64,000 nt of DNA from Nitrospirota bacterium (GTDB lineage: Bacteria; Nitrospirota; Thermodesulfovibrionia; Thermodesulfovibrionales; JdFR-85). The stretch is taken from NCBI GenBank assembly GCA_013152485.1, contig JAADGG010000025.1:50-64049 (forward strand), written 5' to 3'. Positions 57,468 to 64,000 of the stretch are shown here, piece after piece (within the stretch, counting starts at the first letter, position 1; every line of letters starts with the position of its first letter). The position numbers and the translations under genes are program-made. The notes beneath the pieces are model-generated. The model ran no database searches. It worked only from the letters and a program-made list of their open reading frames with translations, and was not told the origin of the DNA.

Positions 57468-58544
57468 ATGGCACTCTTTAACTACGCTACAAAAGAGATA
57501 ACCCTTAAGGTCGTCTATTACGGTCCCGGACTCAGCGGCAAGACCACGAATCTCCAGCACCTCCATTCCGTGCTGAACCCTGACAGGAGGGGCAAGCTCC
57601 TCTCTCTCGCAACCGAGGCGGACAGGACGCTCTTTTTCGATTTCATGCCTGTGGAACTCGGAAAGATAAAGGATTTCTCGATCAGGTTTCAGCTCTATAC
57701 CGTGCCGGGCCAGGTCAGGTACAACGCAACGAGAAAGCTGGTGCTGAAGGGTGCCGACGGAGTGGTCTTCGTTGCAGACTCGCAGAGACTGATGAGGGAG
57801 CAGAACAGCGAGAGCCTTGCGAACATGCGCGAGAACCTGATAGCCAACAACCTCGACCCTGCAGACATACCCGTCGTCTTTCAGTACAACAAGAGGGACC
57901 TCGACGACATCATGTCGGTGGACGAGCTGAACCGTGACCTCAACCCCGGCTCGGCTCCCTATTTCGAGGCCGTTGCAGTCGAGGGCCGCGGCGTCAGGGA
58001 GACCTTCGATGCCGTGACGAGGCTCATACTCAAGTACATCTCCAGGAAGCACAGGATAGACGTCAAGATGGCGGAGAAGGCCGAGCAGGCCGTCTCCCCG
58101 CCACCACCACCGCCGCCGTCACCTCCGGTTGCAGAGCCGGAGCCGATTGCAGAGCCGGTTGCAGAGCCTGCAGCCGATCCGCTGGCCGACATTATGGCGG
58201 ATCCCGTGGCCGCACCGGTTTTCGACCAGCCGCAGGACCATGCATATGCCACGGCCGCTCCCTTGCAGGCGGCAGAGCCTGCAGTGCCTGACGTAACACC
58301 CTTCATGGAGGAGATCACCTCAGCCCTCAGCGAGCTCAGGGATCAGATCTCCCGGGTAGAGAAGGCGGTGGACGACCGGGATTCGCAGAAGGACAAGGCG
58401 AGATACGATCTCGTCATCCAGAAGTTCGACAAGGCCATTACCGATATACAGAAGAGACAGGAAAAACTCTTCTCCATGCTCCAGGAGGTGAAGGCCTCCA
58501 TAGATAACGCAAAGACGAAGAAACGCTGGTTCTTCTTCGGTTAG
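57468..58544 (+). CDS. MglA-like Ras-superfamily GTPase with long C-terminal extension
   Basis: The first ~195 aa match MglA (ITLKVVYYGPGLSGKTTNL, TVPGQ, YNKRD). This is followed by PPPPPPPSPP, AEP/VAEP repeats, a predicted coiled coil, and KKRWFFFG at the C-terminus. Confidence 0.75.
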   Translation: MALFNYATKEITLKVVYYGPGLSGKTTNLQHLHSVLNPDRRGKLLSLATEADRTLFFDFMPVELGKIKDFSIRFQLYTVPGQVRYNATRKLVLKGADGVVFVADSQRLMREQNSESLANMRENLIANNLDPADIPVVFQYNKRDLDDIMSVDELNRDLNPGSAPYFEAVAVEGRGVRETFDAVTRLILKYISRKHRIDVKMAEKAEQAVSPPPPPPPSPPVAEPEPIAEPVAEPAADPLADIMADPVAAPVFDQPQDHAYATAAPLQAAEPAVPDVTPFMEEITSALSELRDQISRVEKAVDDRDSQKDKARYDLVIQKFDKAITDIQKRQEKLFSMLQEVKASIDNAKTKKRWFFFG

Positions 58545-60082
58545 AGCCTCTCGATCGTCGACAGCAGGGCCTCGGCCTTCTTGAGGCTTTCGTAGTATTC
58601 CCTCTCGGGCACCGAATCCGCCACTATGCCGGCGCCGGCCTGGACATACGCCCTGCCGTTCTTGATCACGAATGTCCTTATGACGATGTTCATGTCCATG
58701 TCGCCGTTGAAGGCGACGTAGCCGAGGGAGCCTGTGTAGGGTCCCCTGACAACGGGTTCGAGTTCGTCTATGATCTCCATGCACCTGACCTTCGGCACGC
58801 CTGTGATCGTGCCGCCGGGGAACGTCGCCCTCAGGAGGCTGAAGGCGTCCCTTCCGGGTGAGAGCACTCCCCTCACATTCGATACTATGTGTATCACGTG
58901 CGAGTAGTCTTCCGTGATCATGAGCTCGTCCACCACGACGGTGCCGTAGCTGCAGACCCTGCCGAGGTCGTTTCTCTCGAGGTCTATGAGCATTATGTGC
59001 TCGGCCCGTTCTTTTTCGTTCAGCAGGAGGTCCGCCCGCAGCCTCTCGTCCTCGACCGCCGTGGTGCCGCGCGGCCTCGTGCCGGCTATGGGTCTCGTCT
59101 CTGCGATGCCGTCCTTCAGCCTTATCAGCCTTTCGGGGGAGGAGCTTACTATCTGGTAGTCCCCGAAATCCACGAATGCGGAGAATGGAGAGGGGTTTAT
59201 GAGCCTCAGGACCGAATAGAGGGTCCAGGGCTCTCTCCCTGTCGGAGCGGACAGGCGCTGGGAGAGGTTCGCCTGAAAGATGTCTCCTGCCCGGATGTAT
59301 TCCTTGGCCCTGACCACCATGTCCATGTAGTCCCTCTTCGTCATCTCGTAGACGATGTCCGCACGGCCGTGCCGCTCGGGGACTGCGGTGTCGTGCACGT
59401 CTCCTGCCCGGTTGTATTCCTCCACCATGCGGCAGAGGCAGTCCCCGGCCTCGTCGTACATGCCGGGATAATGGTGGACGCCGGTTGCGCTGCAGGGCGC
59501 ATCTCCTCCGTCTCTCCACATCTTCAGCAGCTCCATCCCTGCCCGCCTTGCCCCGGGGCAGACGACGGCGTAGGCCTTCCTCTCCCTGTGGTCGAACGCA
59601 AACAGTCTGTCAAAGAGAAAGAAGTGGGCGTCGGGTATCTGCAGTTCATCACGTGCGGTCCTCGGCAGGTTTTCGAGGTAATGCACGAAGTCGTAACTGA
59701 TGAGCCCGGCTGCGCCGCCCTGGAAAGGCGGCAGGCGCGGATCCTTCTTCTGCGGGTATGAGAGCAGGAGGCGCCTGAGCCGTGAAAGCGGTTTCTTGTC
59801 GATCACCTTCAGGCCGCCTCGACTTTCCGTATCCGCGCAGGAGATCTCCATGACAGAGTCCTTCACCCTGAACTCCATGTAAGGATCAAAGGCTATGAAC
59901 GAGTACCGGCCTATGGTTTCAGAGCCCTTGACGCTCTCGAGCAGCATGGTCTTTGCCGTCCTGAACCGTTCGTACACGGCTGCGGGGGACTTGTAGGTCA
60001 GCTCGACGTAGAGGGGGAGCAGGGATCCCTCGGTCATGGAATCCGGACGGGCCTTGTTTTCCTGGCGTATCTTGATGGTCAT
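58541..60082 (-). CDS. trpE: Anthranilate synthase component I family (chorismate-binding enzyme)
   Basis: 513-aa ORF with an N-terminal LLESV motif, GGTITGVPK and GAGIVADS. TrpE cannot be separated from PabB by eye, and no partner amidotransferase is adjacent. Confidence 0.75.
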   Translation of the reverse strand: MTIKIRQENKARPDSMTEGSLLPLYVELTYKSPAAVYERFRTAKTMLLESVKGSETIGRYSFIAFDPYMEFRVKDSVMEISCADTESRGGLKVIDKKPLSRLRRLLLSYPQKKDPRLPPFQGGAAGLISYDFVHYLENLPRTARDELQIPDAHFFLFDRLFAFDHRERKAYAVVCPGARRAGMELLKMWRDGGDAPCSATGVHHYPGMYDEAGDCLCRMVEEYNRAGDVHDTAVPERHGRADIVYEMTKRDYMDMVVRAKEYIRAGDIFQANLSQRLSAPTGREPWTLYSVLRLINPSPFSAFVDFGDYQIVSSSPERLIRLKDGIAETRPIAGTRPRGTTAVEDERLRADLLLNEKERAEHIMLIDLERNDLGRVCSYGTVVVDELMITEDYSHVIHIVSNVRGVLSPGRDAFSLLRATFPGGTITGVPKVRCMEIIDELEPVVRGPYTGSLGYVAFNGDMDMNIVIRTFVIKNGRAYVQAGAGIVADSVPEREYYESLKKAEALLSTIERL

Positions 60083-60110
60083 ATCACCTTCATTCTGAAC
60101 ATGCGTCCCG

Positions 60111-60830
60111 TCAGGATGAGAGGAGCTCCAGGAGGATCAGTTCCAATGCCTTTTCAGGCTCTTTCTGTGAAAGCACGGCACGGCCGACAACCAGGTAGTC
60201 TGCTCCGTTGTGGACGGCCTCCCTGGGCGTCATGGTGCGCTTCTGGTCATCCGGGGGTGACCACGAAGGCCGTATGCCGGGGGTGACGATGATGAAACCG
60301 CTGCCGATGGAGTTTCTTATTGCCGAGACCTCGTGTCCTGAGGCCACGACCCCGTCAAGCCCGGCCCGGTGTGCCATGGCGGAGAGGTGTTTCACATGGG
60401 TCCTTATGCCGTGCTGGTAGCCCATGTCCTTCTTGAACTCCTCCTGTGATATGCTCGTCAGCACGGTGACGGCGACTATCTTGGGCTTGGGCAGGTTCTC
60501 CCTGAGGCATGTCTCGACAACTGCCTCGCTCGTCCTCTTCATCATCTCAAACCCGCCGGAGGCATGCAGGTTGAACATCGAGACACCGAGCCTGGTCACC
60601 ACTGTAGCTGCCCTTACAACGGTGTTCGGTATGTCGTGGAACTTCAGGTCGAGAAAGACCTTTCCTCCCCTGGCGTGGATGTCTCTCACGATGTCGGGTC
60701 CGGCCGAGGTGAAGAGTTCGAGCCCGACCTTGAAGGTGGAGACCCACTCACCGAATCTCTCCACGATCGCAATCGCATCTTCAGGGTCGTTGACGTCGAG
60801 TGCGAGTATCAGTCTGTCCTTTGCTGACAA
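60111..60830 (-). CDS. pyrF: Orotidine 5'-phosphate decarboxylase
   Basis: 239-aa ORF with LILALDV, FLDLKFHDIPNTV and VVGR. Confidence 0.9.
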   Translation of the reverse strand: MSAKDRLILALDVNDPEDAIAIVERFGEWVSTFKVGLELFTSAGPDIVRDIHARGGKVFLDLKFHDIPNTVVRAATVVTRLGVSMFNLHASGGFEMMKRTSEAVVETCLRENLPKPKIVAVTVLTSISQEEFKKDMGYQHGIRTHVKHLSAMAHRAGLDGVVASGHEVSAIRNSIGSGFIIVTPGIRPSWSPPDDQKRTMTPREAVHNGADYLVVGRAVLSQKEPEKALELILLELLSS

Positions 60831-60932
60831 GGGACCTCCCTATCCGCTCAGGGCCTGCCGCCGCGGCAGGCCTTGAGCGGTCCTGTGCATTTGCGTACAA
60901 TTTACGGTCGGCCGGATGCCCTTCCCTTACCG

Positions 60933-61481
60933 CTATATCCTCGGCAGAGTGATTCCCTTCTGGGCCTGGTACTTGCCAGTCTTGTCCTTGTACGAGATGC
61001 CGCAGGGTTCCGCGGCCCCGAGGAATATCAGCTGTGCTATCCCCTCGTTTGCGTATATCTTTGCCGGAAGCGGGGTGGTATTCGAGATCTCTATGGTGAC
61101 GTGCCCTTCCCACTCGGGCTCGAGCGGGGTTACGTTCACCACCAGGCCGCACCGTGCATAAGTGGACTTGCCGAGACAGATGACGAGGATGTCCCTCGGA
61201 ATCCTGAAATACTCCACCGACCTGCCGAGCACGAAGGAGTTCGGGGGGATGATGCACTCCGGTCCCCTGTGGTCGACGAAGCTTTCCGGGTCGAAGGCCT
61301 TGGGGTCGATGACGGTGGTGTTTATGTTCGTGAAGATCTTGAACTCGTCGGATATCCTCATGTCGTATCCATAGGAGCTTATGCCGAAAGAGACCGCGCC
61401 GTCACCGGGACTGCTCTTGCCGAGGGGTTCGATCATCCCCTGCCTTGCCATCTCCTCTATCCATCTGTCGTTCTTGACCAT
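60933..61481 (-). CDS. dcd: dCTP deaminase
   Basis: 182-aa ORF with [10 protein letters not shown], and G.VTIEISN within a dUTPase-like fold pattern. Confidence 0.9.
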   Translation of the reverse strand: MVKNDRWIEEMARQGMIEPLGKSSPGDGAVSFGISSYGYDMRISDEFKIFTNINTTVIDPKAFDPESFVDHRGPECIIPPNSFVLGRSVEYFRIPRDILVICLGKSTYARCGLVVNVTPLEPEWEGHVTIEISNTTPLPAKIYANEGIAQLIFLGAAEPCGISYKDKTGKYQAQKGITLPRI

Positions 61482-61637
61482 GGGTCAGGGCCTCCGTGAC
61501 TTTGGTGTAATAACCGGACCGTCGGGTTATAATGTTATAGTAGTCGGTAAAAAAGCTTAACATAAAAGGGAAATTCTTAACAATAACCGGAGGTGTCCCG
61601 CGACGTGCTTGCAGAGGCGGTCTGCCGGTGATTTCGG

Positions 61638-62864
61638 GTGCAGGGGCCTGTGAACAGATCCATACTCGGCAATATATCCCCCACTGTTGTCGCTCTCGGA
61701 GCCGTAAGCTTCCTGACCGATCTCTCGAGCGAGATGATCTATCCGCTCCTGCCCGTGTTCCTGTCTTCGGTCCTCGGGGCGGGGGCGTTTGCCATCGGGC
61801 TCATCGAGGGGGTCGCAGAGATGACCGCATCGGTCTTCAAGATCGTCTCGGGTTATCTAACTGACAGGACCGGCACGAGGAGGCCCTATGTGGTATGGGG
61901 CTATACTCTGTCATCGACGGCGCGGCCCCTCATAGGGCTTGTCAGGCTATGGCCCCTGGTGCTCGTGCTGAGGTTCGTCGACAGGGTCGGAAAGGGGATC
62001 AGGACGTCCCCGAGGGATGCCCTGATCGCCGACGTGACGGACTTGAGGTTCAGGGGATGGGCGTACGGGTTCCACAGGGCAATGGATCATGCCGGGGCCA
62101 TAGCAGGGCCCATCGTGGCGGTCGTCCTGCTCAGGTGGTTCGACGCCTCGCTGAGGTCCGTCTTCCTCTGGTCGGCACTGCCGGCCGCGCTGGTTGTGTT
62201 GATAGTGCTGATGTATGTCCGGGAGGGAGGACCTGCGGCGCGTGGCAGTTCCGGCAAGGGCGCGGAAGGGGGGTGCACTTCCCGGCGGGAGAGCCCCGAT
62301 GCCGGGAACATGCGCGATTTCAGGCTCTTCATGTCAGCCGTTGTCGTTTTCACCCTCGGCAACTCGACCGATGCCTTTCTCCTTCTGAGACTCAGCAGCG
62401 CCGGCGTCGACGGCACGGGCATTGCGCTCTTGTGGTCGGGATTTCACCTCGTAAAGGTCGTTTCAACGCTGGCCGGAGGCAGGGTCTCGGACCGGCTCGG
62501 ACGGAAGCCGATGATAGTGGCCGGATGGATTTACTACGCCGTCGTCTACCTGCTGTTCGCCCTGCTTGAAACAAGAGGGGCGCTCATCACGACGTTCCTG
62601 CTCTACGGGGTGTATTTCGGCCTGACGGAACCGGTCGAGAGGGCATGGGTCGCCTCCCTCGTCCCTCCGCGACTGACCGGAAGGGCCTTCGGTTACTACA
62701 ACGGTGCCGTCGGGATTGCATCACTGCCGGCAAGCCTCATCTTCGGTCTCATCTGGCAGAAGTGGGGACACGCTTATGCGTTTGCAACGGGCGGGGTGCT
62801 TGCACTGCTTGGATGTCTGCTGATATCGGGAGTAAGAGAGAAAACCATACACTCAAGGAGGTAG
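61638..62864 (+). CDS. MFS transporter
   Basis: 408-aa protein with ~12 predicted TM helices and a DR.GRR-type loop motif (TDRTGTRRP; SDRLGRKP). The start is GTG 61638 or GTG 61650. Confidence 0.8.
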   Translation: MQGPVNRSILGNISPTVVALGAVSFLTDLSSEMIYPLLPVFLSSVLGAGAFAIGLIEGVAEMTASVFKIVSGYLTDRTGTRRPYVVWGYTLSSTARPLIGLVRLWPLVLVLRFVDRVGKGIRTSPRDALIADVTDLRFRGWAYGFHRAMDHAGAIAGPIVAVVLLRWFDASLRSVFLWSALPAALVVLIVLMYVREGGPAARGSSGKGAEGGCTSRRESPDAGNMRDFRLFMSAVVVFTLGNSTDAFLLLRLSSAGVDGTGIALLWSGFHLVKVVSTLAGGRVSDRLGRKPMIVAGWIYYAVVYLLFALLETRGALITTFLLYGVYFGLTEPVERAWVASLVPPRLTGRAFGYYNGAVGIASLPASLIFGLIWQKWGHAYAFATGGVLALLGCLLISGVREKTIHSRR

Positions 62865-62866
62865 TC

Positions 62867-64000
62867 ATGTTGACAGGGGCTGTAAGGGAGATCTTCCGTA
62901 CCAATCTTGCAGTGAAGGGTACGGAGAGGGTGCTTGTCTTTACCGACAGGCCCACGAAGAGAGACGTGGTCCCGGATGAGGACCTGCAGAGGTGGTCGAG
63001 GCTGAAGGATGTCGCGATGCTGACGGCCGAGACGGGAAGGGGGTTCGCGCGCGAAGTCGTCTTCTACTGCTATCCCTCGAGGGGCGGGCACGGTGTCGAG
63101 CCTCCCGAGGGTCTCTGGAGGGCGGCCTTCGGTGAGAGGGCCGTGGACTCGCTCAAGGAGAAGAGGCTCCTCAGTGCCCTGATCCGGAAAAAGGCTTCAC
63201 CCGAGAAGACCGCGGAAGCCGAAGAGATAATCAGGAGACACTGTGCAGAGGCGGTTGACGTGGTGATAGCACTGTCGAACTACTCAACGAGCCATACGAG
63301 GTTCAGGGACCTGCTGACCAGGGTCTGCGGTGCACGGTATGCGAGCATGCCGCTCTTTGACGCCGGGATGTTCGAGGGGGCGATGGATGTCGACTGGAAG
63401 GCCCTCAGAAAACGGACAAAGGCTATCGCAGGCATGGTCGGCAAGGCGGTGGAGGTGCGTGTAACCACACCGAACGGAACGGACATCAGGCTCTCGAAGA
63501 AGGGACGGAAGGCGTTTGCAGACACGGGAGACCTCAGAAGGCCCGGCTCTTTCGGCAACCTGCCTGCAGGAGAGGTATACTTCGCCCCGCGTGAGGGTAC
63601 GGCTGAGGGGACCCTCGTCCTCGAATGGGCCCCGACGAGGCGGCTCTCCTCGCCGCTGAGGCTCACGGTAAGGGCCGGGTATGTTGAAAAGGTGGAGGGT
63701 GAGGACGAGTTCGCCCTTACCCTCAGGGAGCGCCTTGCCGAGCGGAGGGAGAATGCAAACATCGCCGAGGTCGGCATAGGAACGAACGACAGGGCCGCAA
63801 GGCCGGACAACATTCTCGAGTCCGAGAAGATTCTCGGTACAGTACATATAGCGCTCGGTGACAACAGCTCGTTCGGGGGTGAGGTGAAGACCCCTTTCCA
63901 TCAGGACTTCGTCTTCTTCAGGCCGACCGTGGTGCTGACATACCGCGATTCCTCGGAGACGATCCTGCTGAAGGACGGGCGCCCCGTCCAGCCCTTGTGA
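62867..64000 (+). CDS. M29-family (aminopeptidase T/AmpS-like) aminopeptidase
   Basis: ATG 62867 has AAGGAGG 6 nt upstream. Motifs NLPAGEVYFAP, EVGIGTN and GTVHIALGDN. The stop codon is the last three bases of the window. Confidence 0.65.
   Translation: MLTGAVREIFRTNLAVKGTERVLVFTDRPTKRDVVPDEDLQRWSRLKDVAMLTAETGRGFAREVVFYCYPSRGGHGVEPPEGLWRAAFGERAVDSLKEKRLLSALIRKKASPEKTAEAEEIIRRHCAEAVDVVIALSNYSTSHTRFRDLLTRVCGARYASMPLFDAGMFEGAMDVDWKALRKRTKAIAGMVGKAVEVRVTTPNGTDIRLSKKGRKAFADTGDLRRPGSFGNLPAGEVYFAPREGTAEGTLVLEWAPTRRLSSPLRLTVRAGYVEKVEGEDEFALTLRERLAERRENANIAEVGIGTNDRAARPDNILESEKILGTVHIALGDNSSFGGEVKTPFHQDFVFFRPTVVLTYRDSSETILLKDGRPVQPL

Noticed and set aside
58541-58544. Convergent 4-nt overlap of the MglA-like and trpE-like stop codons as a regulatory feature
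   Set aside because: Overlapping convergent stops are common in compact genomes, and no additional structure or motif was seen.

Overview
GC-rich, densely coding 64-kb chromosomal segment from a Gram-negative-type bacterium: it has an outer-membrane porin ending in Phe, Tat and Sec signals, and codon usage that visibly favours AGG (Arg) and ATA (Ile). I cannot assign a lineage from sequence alone. Most of the window is housekeeping: rpsB-tsf-pyrH-frr, gap-pgk, secA, ftsH, tex, pcrA, truA, hemL, pyrF, dcd, trpE-like, and one tRNA-Ala(CGC). I did not find CRISPR arrays, transposases, integrases, prophage genes or a recognisable defence island. Items worth a second look: (1) A modular intergenic repeat family. 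Its core is a 115-150 nt element closed by a perfect 12-bp stem, with an internal hairpin that shows compensatory changes between three copies (422-536, 21704-21836, 40579-40728). A related ~55-nt unit is scattered in at least five more intergenic regions. (2) A tightly packed minus-strand cluster (8079-15532) that begins and ends with YHS-domain genes. It combines CopA and a cupredoxin with an EgtD-like histidine methyltransferase, an FAD oxidoreductase and a GalT-like HIT enzyme. (3) Two genes interrupted by frameshifts: a GT4 glycosyltransferase with an extra copy of a CTTAC pentanucleotide, and a YHS-TrxR-like flavoprotein with an apparent 1-nt loss. (4) A glnE-glnA-nrpR arrangement that mixes an archaeal-type repressor, a short GSI-alpha-like glutamine synthetase and a proteobacterial-type adenylyltransferase. 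(5) A four-gene module with 15 c-type heme motifs (11-heme NapC/NirT-like, 4-heme, Tat FeS, NrfD-like) and no catalytic subunit. (6) Several unannotated small ORFs below the 60-aa track cutoff (YHS protein, 8-Cys peptide upstream of a CBS histidine kinase, 52-aa ORF between frr and dksA). (7) An MglA-like GTPase with a ~160-aa Pro-rich/coiled-coil tail and no mglB. All functional calls rest on motif and family recognition by eye; no database searches were run.
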